Part shown: in pieces, positions 11,510-23,222 of the stretch
Position numbering within the stretch: the first letter of the stretch is position 1
How the letters are laid out: every line of letters starts with the position of its first letter
Origin: Dicyema japonicum
Lineage: Eukaryota > Animalia > Dicyemida
Reading direction: 5' to 3'
Assembly (NCBI GenBank): GCA_011109175.1
Contig: RDEW01000106.1
Coordinates: 1 to 33,000 of the forward strand
Length of the DNA: 33,000 nt
Translations under genes and position numbers: made by a program
Notes under the pieces: generated by a model
Seen by the model: only the letters and a program-made list of their open reading frames with translations
What the model was told of the DNA's origin: nothing
Database searches by the model: none

Positions 11510-14500
11510 AGCATGATAATCGAGCATAGACATGGGCTGAAAGTTGATAACTATGATGATGAGGTTACAAGAGTGACTAATCATCTTATCTCAAAAGGCT
11601 CTGAACTCGTAGGTGACGTAGAAGAGGACCCAAGAGAAACAGCTGTCTTGTCTAGTGATTTGCTTTCTCTATGTCATCCACAAATTTCAATTTTGAACAA
11701 TCCAGGTTACTTGTTCCGCCGTCCTGAGAGTCTTTGTTATCCATCGCGTATAGATATTAATTATTTCCTTCTTTAGCTCCTGAGTTCTTTCGACAAAACC
11801 CGTTTTATTGTATGAAACAATCATCGACTCTAAAGTTTTACGTAGAACCAATGATTGAATATGCGTATAGGTTCTTTCGCTTATGTTTAGAGATCTGGAA
11901 TGTTCCCACGAATGTGAGGTTACCAATCCATCTCAAGTCAGTACTATTGGGACAATCCTCACTTTCGCATGGTGTATTGATTCCAGTTCTTTCGATAGAA
12001 GGTCATACTTTCTCAATTTTTCGAATTCTACTTGTTGGAGAGATTTTGGGTTATACCCACTTCAATCGACAGTATTTGATTTTTCTTTATGTCGTAGACA
12101 GATAAATCATGATTTTTGCGCTCAATGTTTATATCGGTTTTGATAAAAGTATCAACCCTTATCTCTACCGAATCATTCATCAAAATTGTTTGTACTGAGT
12201 GGGTTTTTAATTCTTGTTTTTGAGACCGTATTCTTTGCAAAAATGGAAGTGAAGGCACCGTACGACTTCATTGTGTATTCTGACGTAATCTCCGTGCAAC
12301 ATTTTGCCACATCTTGTAGCACAATGATCGACGGTTTTCCTCCATTTTTTACACAAAGTGCAAATCTTGTTCATTTGTCCAGAGAAGCGATTTCTGTCCT
12401 GGAATAAACAAATCAAGGCTTCCGATTTTTGAGATTGTTCCCTTTTGCTAGCCACAGAGATGAAAATTCAGTGTTTACAAATTCTTCCGATAGTTTTTTG
12501 TAACTTGCGAATGAAGACTTTTATACTTATTTGAATCTTTAATTTTCTCTTTGTAGGTCAATCAAAAATTTCTATTGGATAAATGTATTGTCATCAGAGT
12601 ACTTCTCGCAAAAATTCTTCAATGGTATAGCCATATGTGTTTTACTTAAGTTTCGGCCTGAAGAATAGCGGAACTTCTTCTGCAACAAGTGCTTATTCCT
12701 TTCAAATTGTTCAGAAAACCAAATAACATTCTCTCACTAAGGAAAGAGATCGAGCACAATCCTCTCCCTATCATGTTTCGAGGTAGGTACAGTTTCTCTT
12801 TGCAAGCTGGTTTAGATGTATATGATATTTATTCTGCAAATTACGGATAGAAGTATCAATCATCTCAAATTCATTAATTCCAAATCAACAAGCCGATATA
12901 GTAATTGTATGAAGATAATGCATGTTCGTAGATTGCTTTAAAAAGGTTGACCAAGTTCAATTTAGTATTTATTAATTTTTCTATTTTTGGCATACTTCAG
13001 AAAATATTGTTTTGAGCATGTCTGCCTTGTTAATTTGCTCAGGTGGGGCCTTCCAATACACCCAAATACTTGTATCCATCTAGTCCATCAATTACTTTAG
13101 CTTTATTTGATAACAACAAAAAATTAGTAGCCGATTTATCCGAGTTCTTTTCAAGACCAACAGATGTGAATTAAATTGACTTGTTCCATCATTTTTTCAA
13201 TAACTTCATCGTTCGAAATAGTGTTAGATCGTCTATGAATTAAAGATGATAAGTTGAGATGAAATTGACTGATCATTACTGGTAATCGAAATTTTAGGGT
13301 ATCTGTTATTGAGGAATCGGCTAAGTGGATCTAAAACTAGCACAAATAGCATAGGGGACAGACTATCTCCCTGTAAAATCCCTATTTGTAGTTTGATAGT
13401 GCGTATATTTTTCTTTACACAAAAAAGCTTGAGTTTCCAGTTTTGAATAAGTATTTTAATTACATTAACAATCCACGTTGGGATGCCAGNAGCACAAATA
13501 GCTATGGGACAGACAATCTCCTTGTAAAATCCCTATTTGTAGTTTGATAGCGTATATTTTTCTTATATACAAAAAGTTTGAGTTTCCAGTTTTGAATAAG
13601 TATTTTAAATTACATTAACAATCCACGTTGGGATGCCAGAGTTTTCAAGGACATCAAAAATTAATGCATTTTGTCATGGTTTATAAAAAGATTGCATCCA
13701 TGTAATCGGGCGAAAATCTTTTGGAGACTCAGGGGCAGTGCATTTTGGAATCAAGTGAGTGAGTCCAGTGGAAAACCACTCTCCATGCGCACATTTTCCT
13801 TCCACAACTCTACTCATCACATTAAAGATCGAGTCGTGCAAAAACGTGAGTTTTTTTTAACAAAAAAGTTTAAAAACTCCATCACATCCTGGGGCTTTCC
13901 AAAACATGCATCTTTTTTTCCAAACGTCTTCCCAAAAGTCTGCACATTTTTCACTATCAATAGACGTAGTAACATTATTTGCCATAGGAGTTAGGTTTCC
14001 GAAAATGATCTTTGATTTAATTTAAAGTTTAGATTATCAAGGCGAAATTTCTTGGGACTCAGATACACACAATTTCTTTTCGAGAATTTTAATTTTATCT
14101 TCAATGCACCAAATAATCCTCGCTCTTTCACCATGGTTCTTCTTTTTATATCCCACTAACGATAATGCGTGAGACGCCATAGGTTTTTCCTCGGTCGACA
14201 AAGTCTTCATAAAAAACTTTTTAATTAGAAAAAAAGATGATTTACACTTTTCAATTTTTCTACTTATATTCTCTTTCCATTTTGATGGCTCATTTTTTTC
14301 ACTGAGGTTACCTGATGTGTAAATTAACCAGCATAAATCAGAGTATAAATATAATCCATAGAAGTTATAGAGTTCTTTGAACCCATTGGTTAATGACACA
14401 GTTCAAACACTCCAGTGAGTCATTGTCAATCTTGACATAAGGAATCTCTTTGGTTTGGGTCTCGAGCCTTGTCCAATTTGATCGGCAATTATCAATTGTT

Positions 14501-15000
14501 CCATAAATGTGCGTCGGCACTGATCGTAGAATTTAAGGTCCAGGGACGGTGGAGACATATCAGGCTTAGAATATGAGATCCCTTCGAATCATGTTCATTG
14601 CTTGATAATTGTTGGGGTTTTTAGAGGTAGATCAGTTTTTTGAACTCAGACATTGTTAATTCCTCTCGAAACTTAGACTTGAACCCCTCCAAGAGAATAG
14701 CCCATCCATCTCTGAGGACACGACCGAGTCTAGAGCGCGTGATTTTAATAACCGAGGTAGCCCATTGTTCCCGACAATCAGCAGTTGAGGAAGACATTAT
14801 TTCTCGTAAAACCGGAAAATTCGTGTTGTTTTGCTGAGGACGAATCCTAGAAGCATCCGCATAAGAAACATGTAGGACAAGCTCGGCGGCCGTTCGATTT
14901 GGGTTCTCTTTACTCATTTCGGCACAGAAGTCCGCATAATCCGACGGATTTAGATAGTTCAACATCAACAACAACAATTAACCAGCAAAGTGTTAACCTT
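11510..15000 (-). mobile_element. Near full-length decayed R4/Dong-type RLE retroelement
   Basis: N-terminal motif (14621-14977), then WKAPGCDG, FRPI, ILQGD, FIDDL, KEKLYLPR, CxxC...DH..TRC, HNEVV, EIRVDT and EVGIT...KLRKYD. RT domains 2-3 appear deleted near 13660. The 3' boundary is approximate. Confidence 0.88.
13339..13639. repeat. About 150-bp imperfect tandem duplication joined by a single N (13490), probably a scaffolding artefact
   Basis: 13339-13489 and 13491-13639 are near-identical and meet exactly at the only N seen in the window. Confidence 0.85.
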
Positions 15001-15085
15001 TAAAAAAATTAATTATTTAAATAACTACTAAAATAAAAAGAGCATAGTTCTAACCAAAAATATCAAATTTAAGCCTTGTTTTTTA

Positions 15086-15416
15086 GCCGGGTGGCATAAT
15101 AGTTAGGTGTCGGGCTAAAAATGGCTTAGGTCACGGGTTCGATTCTCGCTGCTGTTCACCTGGTGGGAGGTTCCACGCATCTACGATGCGGAAAGGCTTG
15201 ACGAGTGACGCCGTCATCAGTGGAGAATAACTACGGAACTGGAATGTCAAATGGACACACAAAAAAAAAAAACAAAAAAGTGAAAAGCATCCCTTGGTTC
15301 TCCATCTACGATTAGTTGTAATAACTGTTTTTTACTTAAATAAAGTGTGTGTTCTGCACGAGCGAAACCCTAGGCATCTTACCTGCTTATGGCAACGCGG
15401 TAGTGCTAAATAATAA
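15086..15416 (+). mobile_element. tRNA-derived SINE, copy 2 (full length)
   Basis: A box, B box GGTTCGATTC, central A-rich linker, 3' end GCGGTAGTGC and TAAATAATAA tail. Possible TSD TGTTTTTTA / TGTTCTTTTA. Confidence 0.88.
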
Positions 15417-15440
15417 TGTTCTTTTATCCATAAAGCTGAA

Positions 15441-15556
15441 ACTAACTCTAAAAACAAACACTAACCCAAAAACCCTTAAATCCTAGCCGTACCAAACATC
15501 GTAAACACTAACCCTAAACATTAGCCCTAACTAAAAACCCTAAACACTAACCCTAG
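15441..15556. repeat. Degenerate CTAACCCT (telomere-like) array
   Basis: Several CTAACCC, AAACCCT and TAGCCCT units. Confidence 0.6.
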
Positions 15557-15600
15557 TAAAACAATTTAAAGAAAATATTAATTTTAACATTTTTTGCGCA

Positions 15601-16110
15601 ATGATAGACGCTCTTGCGTTTTTACCCATTCAAGATATGGAAGAAGGACTAGAATTCCAAATATACCAGAAAGTGTTCCAGATTCAAAATATATATTAGA
15701 TTATTTTGATCGAACATATGTTCGCGGTTATTATCGTTGCTTAAATGATCAAGAAAACCCCTTCGCTGTTAGAATACAGCACATTGCTTTTTTGTTTCCT
15801 CCAAATTTATGGAATGTGTATGAAGCTACACTCATTAATAAACAAAGAACAAATAACTATTGTGAAGGGTGGAACAATAAATTATACAATTTGACGGGAT
15901 ATCGTCATCCATCGAAATGGAATATTATATCGTCATTCCAAAAAGAAGAAAAAATGACGAAAACTATTATTGACCAGGATTCCTTTGTAAAAAGAATTTC
16001 AACAAGAACAAATAAAAAACGATTGATAGACAAAAAAGGCTTTTAAACGTATGTCTGGATCGCCAGGACGGAACAAAAGAAGAAGCCGTAAAAGCAGTTG
16101 CATGGAATAT
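15601..16110 (+). mobile_element. MULE (Mutator-like) transposase C-terminal remnant
   Basis: ALAFLP...EEG, then frameshifted LDYFDRTY, FPPNLWNV, RTNNYCEGWNN and HPSKW. Confidence 0.85.
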
Positions 16111-16389
16111 TAAATATTCTTTTGATTCACATTAAATAATTCTTTGATACACGTTAAATAAAAATCCTATGTTTATAACATTTTAAATATTTAAAAACTA
16201 TTAAAAATAGAAAAATTCTGTTTTATTTTTAGAATTTATTTCCACCACGTGTAGTTTAATTGTGGGGGACATTTTAATTCAATTACAAGCTAAAGCATTA
16301 ACATTAGCCAAAATTAACTATTTAAATAATTTGTTATTCTAAGCTCGCTTACTTTAAAATGAAACGATCATGAATAAAAATCTTAATTT

Positions 16390-16680
16390 ATAAACGGAAA
16401 AAAAGTCCGTAATTTCTTTAACGGACCTGACTTTTTTCCGTTTTGCGCTAAATTTCGAAAATTTATAAGGGAAAAAAATTCAAAAATGGAAAAAAAGTCA
16501 AACGGAAAAAATTCAAGTATTGAAAAAATTATTAAAAAAGTCAAACGGAAAAAAATTCAATTATTGAAAAATTAAAAAATTATTAAAAATTAAAAGTTTC
16601 ACAAAAATGCGATGTAAACTAAAAAAAGCCAACTTGACTTTTTTCCGTTTGACCTTTTTTCCACTTGACTTTTTTTTTCT
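16390..16680. repeat. Inverted arrays of AAACGGAAAAAA(A)GTC units (foldback or subterminal type)
   Basis: Local palindrome at 16392-16443. Plus-strand units at 16485-16560 face minus-strand units at 16630-16680. Confidence 0.65.
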
Positions 16681-16689
16681 ACAATCAAT

Positions 16690-16850
16690 TTTTTATTTGA
16701 AATCTTTTTGCGCCAATCTAGACCCATTAACTTGCGTAATTTTTTTCGATGAAATATATCCATTTTCTTGAGCTCTAGCTCTGTGACCCCGCATGTACTC
16801 GAGTTGTACATAAGCATCAACTTTATATATTAGTTGTATAGTCTTACAGG
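16690..16850 (-). mobile_element. RTE-clade LINE C-terminal fragment
   Basis: LMYNSSTCG...MDIFHRKKLRKLMGLDWRKKISN. Confidence 0.75.
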
Positions 16851-17184
16851 GTTTTCACTTAATTTTAGTCATTTTCATTTCACTTAAGTCGACTTCCATT
16901 TCAATTAAGCCGTTTCCAATCTAATTAAGTCGTTGTCCTATTCAAACAAGTAACCTTTAACTTTATTAAGTCATTAATAGGGCAAATTATATATGTCATA
17001 TCTGCCATTTTTGATTTTAAATGCCATAATTCATTTTAGTTGTCATAAATGGCATTTTTTACTTTTAATTGTTAAACACGGCTAAGAATACTATTCTTTG
17101 TTAATTTACATTCGAAATCAATTCTGAGAGCGGCCAGCCAGTCTGAAATGAGCTTCGATAGTTGTTAACTTTTTGTGTAGTTAA

Positions 17185-17410
17185 AAATAATAATTTTCCC
17201 CAAGACGGTCTCTTTCCTTAGAGCACTTGGGTGTCTATTGACCAAAGCCTCGAGGGAGCGTCGGGAAACCGAGTGGCTTTTCCAAAGGATATCCCTGGCA
17301 GTAGTCAGAGGTAACAGCCACTCGATCATATCCGCTGGACTTTAGAACGATTTTATTGTTATAAATAAATATGTCTTTAAAAATAAATAAATAAATAAAA
17401 AAAAATAATT
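17185..17410 (+). mobile_element. CRE-type RLE retroelement 3' end with TAAA tail
   Basis: FLRALG...RETEWLFQRISLAVVRGNSHSI followed by (TAAA)n. Confidence 0.8.
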
Positions 17411-17634
17411 TTCTTTATCAAAGCATCTAACTATACTGCAGCTTTGTGCTGTATTGAGTTTAGAGAAATTTTAATAAAAATAATGTTAAAAAGTACATAA
17501 TTATTTTTTAAAATAAATAAAAAAATTATTTGGTGGATTTATAAATTTTACGATTGTTCTATTATTCATATTTAGATGCCGATTGTTCTATTAAATTGGT
17601 TTTTACATTATCTTATAAGTTCTAGCGTGGCGTT

Positions 17635-19560
17635 ATGTGGTCCACCAATTCAAAAAATTCAAAAGGATTTGGCAACGCCCAGAGGGCTTCTAATGCCTTC
17701 CCAAAAAGGACCATTAGACCCTTTCCTCCTGGGGTCATCATCGACCCCCGGCGATGTGGTTCAAAAAAGTCCAAACATTCCCGGAGAAAGCCCTCAGCCC
17801 ACTGTGGAGAAAGGAAATTTACTGCTCTCCAATTGAACATCAACGGAATTAAAGGCAAGGTCAGGGAACTCCGTTCAATCCTGTCAAATATCGACGTGGC
17901 TATGATCCAAGAAACTAAACTCCGCATGAATGATCCCAATCCTTCATTCCCTGCATACGAGGCTATCAGGATGGACCGTAAAAAGAGAAGAGGGGGTGGA
18001 CTACTTACTCAATTCAAAAAGAACCTGAAATGCAAAGACATTAGTTCGGAAGTGAGGAAACTTGTTGGAAATGGCGAGGTTACTGAGGCAATTGGAATCT
18101 CGCTTGGGACAACAAAAGGAACTCTGTGCTCGTGCTATCTACGAAGTGATCATCAAATGTGGAGATGTAAACTCAAAGCACCCCTTATGGTTGTCAACCC
18201 AACAGGCCGACACGAGAGGGAAGCTATTGTTATTGAAAACGGACTCCTAACGATACTGAATGACCCAGCGAAAAATACAAGGACCCCACTCAGAGAGACG
18301 AATCAGCTTACCTCTCCCGACGTAGCAATCTGCTCCACATCACTTTCATCGAAAATTACCTGGTCAGTCTTCTACGAAACAAGTAGCGATCATAACCCGA
18401 TTGTGATGAAGATCACGAGAGAAGCCAAAGTTAGGAGAACATCTACTAGCTATAACTACAAAGCTGCTAATTGGGAATTGTATCGCACAATCTCGGATGA
18501 TAGACTGAAGAATTGTTACTTGGACAGCTTCAAATCGCTAAAAAAGCGATCAAATACTTTACTTGCACAATCCTAGAATCGAGATAATTGGCAATTCCCA
18601 AGCATCGTCTACATTCCTCTAATGGTCGAGGGAAGTCGGCATTGATTAAAAAAAGAAATCACCTCAAAAAATCTAATTGGATCACATTAGAAACGAAACT
18701 CCGGATCAGAGCTCTAAACGACGAAATAAAGGCCAGACAGTTCAAGGCCCAGAAATTGAAGTGGAATCGGATTCTTACATAGGTAAATCGTAACCGTAGT
18801 ACCGGAGAAGTGTGGAAAGCCATTCGAAACGTTGCAAATGGCGAAGAAACTTGATGACTATACGAGACCTTAACAAATTGATAAAATTCTACACAAAACT
18901 TCGTAAAAAACACAGGAAGTCGGCAGTGCTTCTCTCTTCACGACGAAAACTGAAGAAGGATTCTAGCCCAGTATATTTCTCGGATGAAGACGTGAAGAAT
19001 GCGCTGTGTTTTACAAGAACAACGTACTCTTCCGGTCTCGACAACATTCCAGTAGTGTTATTGAAGAATCTTGGAGATTTGGGAGTCGGTTTTATAACGT
19101 CGATTTTCAACTATTCAATTAATTGGGATGTAATACCGTTGTTATGGAACCAAGCCAACATCCGACCTACACTGAAACATGGAAAACCTAAGGAAGGTCC
19201 GGCATCATTTAGACCTGTGTTAACCTGGACCGACTCAACGCCTGGGTAATGAAGAACCGACTCGCGGTAAATTCCAGAAAGTCGGTCACGTCTATGTTTA
19301 CTTCGGACAAAAGGTTGGGGAAGAAGACTGGCACCTTAAAATTGGACAACGTTGAAATCCCCTTCAGCAAATGTCAGAAGATCCTGGGCCTAACACTGGA
19401 TACGCACTTATGTTTGTCACCACACGTGGAAAGCATTGTTCTGAAGTGCGAGAAGAAAATCAATGTATTGAAATGTTTATCAGGAATATGGAAAACTTCA
19501 GAGTCACGGAACGGTGGAGTTGTGGGAGACACAGAACAGGGCCGACTTTCTGGAGGCCCT
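17635..19560 (+). mobile_element. APE-type LINE: endonuclease, RT start and thumb, with the RT core deleted
   Basis: QLNING, IQETKL, GDVN, SPDV, SSDH, SGLDNI and SFRPV. The sequence then jumps directly to NRLAVN...KILGLTLD. Same family as 24355-25005. Confidence 0.88.
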
Positions 19561-19800
19561 CATAAAACCACCCACAGTCGTCGAAAATTTCTGGACGACG
19601 TACTCCCAACTCGTACCGTCAGTTCTGTGTTCGACAATAAAACTTCTATCATCCTGACAGAATCCTTATTAAGGAATCCCCGCAAAACATCAATAAGCTT
19701 TCCTCGGCGATTTGTGTCAAAAGCTCTTGAGATGTCGATCACCAAAATTGTAGTCGCACTCTCAAATCTTTGGTAACTGGCACAACGCCACCTATGCTCT
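19560..19800 (-). mobile_element. RTE-clade RT fragment starting at an (ATT)n run
   Basis: HRW...ILVIDISRAFDT...MIEVLLSNT. Confidence 0.75.
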
Positions 19801-19929
19801 AATAATAATAATATTTTTTAAGCAAAAATATCCAAAAAATTAAAAAACTAAAGTATTCATTTTATAAAAGACAATTAAAAATTTAGACTAAATTCAGAGT
19901 AACAGACAATCTTCTATATTCCTTATCTC

Positions 19930-20340
19930 TTTTAACATGTGTCTAAAATCTCAGCAGAATCCTTTCAGTTATTGTCACGAGATCTTCATTAACTAAATAT
20001 TTAATTCTTCACAATTGTTTGGTGAATTCCGGCTTACATAACATTTCCATTTGCTAAGCATGTTCTCAATAGGATTAAAATTTGGTGTTTATGTAAGTAA
20101 AAATTTTACTGAGTGCCCCTCGTTACAAATCAATTATGCTATAAAGTAAACACTCATTAATCCGAAAACTTCAAATAATCCGAATTTTTTTGATGAGTCA
20201 GCAAAATTTTAACAAAGATTATTTGTACACGATTCCATTCTCAGTCGCATTTTTTTGTTTAATTGACAATAGTTTTATTTAGTGATCGAAAACTCCTTTA
20301 AATCCTGCCGGCCTGTTTTCCCTAAGAATGTCGAAACTTG
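19930..20340 (-). mobile_element. IS630/Tc1-mariner (DDE_3-type) transposase remnant
   Basis: GHSVKFL...PNFNPIENMLSKWKCYV...EEL...FRHML, with stop codons. Confidence 0.72.
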
Positions 20341-20344
20341 CCTT

Positions 20345-21200
20345 TATTCCCTCAACAGTAGCATTCCAAATCATTCGCTGGGGGATTTTCCATATTTATG
20401 TTCACAATCTCTTTCTTAATTGCCATACAATATTCTTCACACGTTTTCTCACATAAGCATAATTTTTCCACAATAAAACGATCCAGATAAGCTCTCTTCT
20501 CTATATCTCCATATATTCCGAAATATCTTTTCATTCTGAAACGTCCAACAAGCAGTTTATGATCACTATGAGTGTTGGCGCCTTCATAGCTGTGGGAATT
20601 TTTTTAATAACGTACAAAGAGATCTTTTGCTTAATATATAGTCTATCTGGTTGTATATGGGGTAATCTCCAGTTCCATCTTTCTGAGTCCAGTCCATGTA
20701 GTTTTATGTCTCGCATTATGATCGAATGACAAATAAAGTAATCAAACACGTTACAAAATTGTACAAGCGACTCTCTTGACATATTTTTTCTCATAAACGA
20801 GGCTTTAAGATCAGAGATGGTATCTACATGCGAAACAGTTCATTCGTAAAAAACCCTTGCCTTTGTGGGCGCGTAAACAATAATTACGGATCTAAAGGAA
20901 TTATCTGTCCTCCCACTCTTAATCTGAAATACTGCTATTCTGTCATTGACCCTCCACCTCTGTGAATTCTTTCATCAAGACATTGATGTATAGCAAAGCC
21001 AAGTCCGTAGTGGTTGCATTCGCAGTCTAGTAGTATAAGTCTAAACTCTCCGTAATTCTCCTCAACTGCAATATCAAATTTGTACAAGATCAATTCCCTA
21101 ACATCCAAATTGGTACGTCTAACGAATCTACCTGCCGATCTTTTCCCAATGCTTGACCACGCCTCAATTGAAAACAACGGTTCCGGTTTCATCGGTCTTT
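20345..21200 (-). mobile_element. RTE-clade APE endonuclease remnant
   Basis: RELILYKFDIA, YGLGFAI, VNDRI, IIVYAPT...FYE and LVQFC, spread across frames. Confidence 0.72.
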
Positions 21201-21214
21201 ATGGCCACGAAACA

Positions 21215-21436
21215 AGTCGTTTCTTCCATTAAAGACTAGAAGCCTCAAATCCACGTAAAATGGAAAAAAAACCCTCTTCAAAATCTAATGAAAGGTGATC
21301 GTCGTTGGTACAAGAAAGCCGTGGGTACTCTGGAGGAACATAAAAAACCTCTCGATCCTTTTGAGTTGTACCGGGATCACTTAATTAGTTGGTTTACTCT
21401 TTCTTTCTTGGTGGTCCCTTTTCGGGGTTATAAAAA
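21215..21436 (+). mobile_element. LINE 3' end with conserved stem
   Basis: CCGGGATCACTTAATTAG is identical to 3058-3075. Stem partner GTGGTCCC at 21411-21418, then an A-rich tail. Confidence 0.7.
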
Positions 21437-21880
21437 TAAGAGCGGCTGCTGACATTACGGAGTAAGCGTTTCTGCGGACAAATGCAACCCCAATTTGTTG
21501 CCTCAGCCAGACCGCTTCCCGCACGTCTTTCTTACGATGGGCCAATTTCCCCCCGATTTCCTTCAGTAAAGAGGCTGTGATACTTCTCGCAGCACCAGAC
21601 GTTTCGATTGCCATCGGTACAAAACGAAAGCGATCTCCAATTTCGCCATATTTTTTTATCTTGATTTTCTCGGCCAAATCGGCTGCCGATCCAGCAGACT
21701 GCGCCAAGTTGAGCATTATCGAGTTCGAGAAGGAATCTACAACAGTGCAGTCCCATACGAGTGATTTTCCCTCAGTGAACGGAAAGATAGTTAACTTATC
21801 CGGTCTTTTCCTGTTTCCGCGGTCCAATCCCACGGCTGTCACGCTGTTTACCACTACAAAAGACAGCTCTGTATCGAACC
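21430..21880 (-). mobile_element. CRE-type RLE retroelement endonuclease domain and C-terminus
   Basis: KRPDKLTIFPF..GKSLVWDCTVVD...KKY...FVPMAIETSG...WLRQQIGVAFVRRNA. Confidence 0.85.
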
Positions 21881-21889
21881 AAAAATTTT

Positions 21890-22452
21890 TATGAAGAACG
21901 AAGTGATTTCTATTAACAAAACACCGACGATTCTGGGAGTTACCTTTGATCAGGGACTCACATTTATCCGACATGTTGAAAACAAAGTGACTGGTCTGAA
22001 GAAAATGAGAATTTTAAAAGTGCTCTCAAAAACACTTAGAGACCAAACTGGTTGCCTTGCCACGATTTATGAACAATTTATACGACCAACGATGACGTAT
22101 GCAAGTCCTTCATGGGCAATGCAGATCTCACGATCTTCCTCATTGAAACTATCCGCAATCGAGGAGACTGCAATAAGGTTAATTGGACCATAACACAAAA
22201 TCCAGCCCATTGAAAGTTTCTTAATCGAATTACAACGGAAACTCTTAAAGTAGGCTATTTTACCGAGCTGCCCTCTATTCCATCTACAATCACACTGATA
22301 TTCTGATCCGATGCCCAATGAGAAAAACTGTTCAGGATTCTCGACCACGCCGGATTCGTCCTCTCCTTTGTCGGCCTGGGATCACTTAGTTAGATGAGAA
22401 CTTTTATTTCTTTTTCTTTGACTTAGTGATCCTGAAGGTAATAATAATAATG
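21890..22452 (+). mobile_element. 5'-truncated APE-type LINE with stem and (TAA)n tail
   Basis: ILGVTFD and FIRPTMTYASPSW. 3' UTR stem at 22378-22433, then a TAATAATAATAAT tail. Confidence 0.87.
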
Positions 22453-22469
22453 ATATCTTGTACAACCAA

Positions 22470-23000
22470 CGATGAGTTATATAGAATTACTCAAACAACA
22501 AAGATTGAGAATTAAGTTATTTCTGCGAAATGGCAGCTCTTTGGACATATCCTAAGAACTTCGAAATTGGCCCCGGCCAATCAGACATAGAATCATATTT
22601 TTCTGTATTAAACAAAACAACGTATCGAGGTTGACAAAGAAAAACTTTTCCGTCGACGCTCAACAAAGAACTCATTTTGATAGGAAGAAAACTGAAAACA
22701 GGAAAGGATCTAGATCAGTGGTTTTCAACGCGGTTCCTGAGATTTTTTTGCGGCCCCGACAAATTTATTATCAGACTAAAAAATATTATTATTAATAATA
22801 ATTTTAATAATAGTTTTAACTTTTGCTTCCGTTTTATATTAATTAAATTTAACAAAAATTGGCGGCCTTACAAATAAAATAATTTATTGATTTGGCCCCT
22901 GGGTCAAAATTCTTGAGAACCAATGATTTGGATGATCTGAGGGCGGATGAGTGAAACAGGGGAGGATGGAAACGACTCACAGCGCGAATCCAGAAATGCA
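22470..23000 (+). mobile_element. RTE-clade C-terminal fragment interrupted by a MITE
   Basis: KWQLFGHILR...PSTL..LKTGKDLD|DLRA...WKRL. The frame is restored when the MITE and one TSD are removed. Confidence 0.75.
22716..22925. mobile_element. hAT (Charlie-like) MITE, 210 bp
   Basis: Termini CAGTGGTTTTCAA / TTGAGAACCAATG. 8-bp TSD ATCTAGAT / ATTTGGAT, the left copy carrying the TCTAGA core. Subterminal GCGGCC/GGCCCC motifs. Confidence 0.85.
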
Positions 23001-23109
23001 TGAAAAAAGTGGAATCTCAAATTTGTTAACTTTTCTGGTTCAACGGACATTGCTAAATAACAATAATAATATTCGGTTACCATGGAAACACGCAAAAGAA
23101 TTTGCAAAG

Positions 23110-23222
23110 ATTTGAGCAGACACTACCATTAGTACGGATAAGGATGTAACGAGCAATCAACCAGACATTTTCGTTCACTACAAGAAGAGGAATAGAATCA
23201 CGCTTATCGAGGTTAGGATCAT
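23110..23222 (+). mobile_element. Short R4/Dong RLE fragment
   Basis: DTTISTDKDVTSNQPDI followed by a frameshifted ITLIEV. Confidence 0.6.

Noticed and set aside
13339-13639. Tandem duplication as a biological repeat
   Set aside because: The junction is exactly the single N, typical of overlapping contig or haplotype ends joined in scaffolding.
15086-15160. Functional tRNA gene
   Set aside because: No proper acceptor or anticodon stem, and it continues into a shared 250-nt body in several dispersed copies, so it is a SINE head.
15160-15230. HDV-like or hammerhead ribozyme in the SINE body
   Set aside because: TCCACGC resembles an HDV L3 loop, but no P1 partner exists. CTGATGA on the minus strand lacks the GAAA core.
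17220-17345. GC-rich hairpin region as an ncRNA or ribozyme
   Set aside because: It translates as the C-terminus of a CRE-type retroelement.
20935-21192. piggyBac transposase
   Set aside because: Other frames give APE endonuclease motifs (VNDRI, IIVYAPT) of an RTE element.
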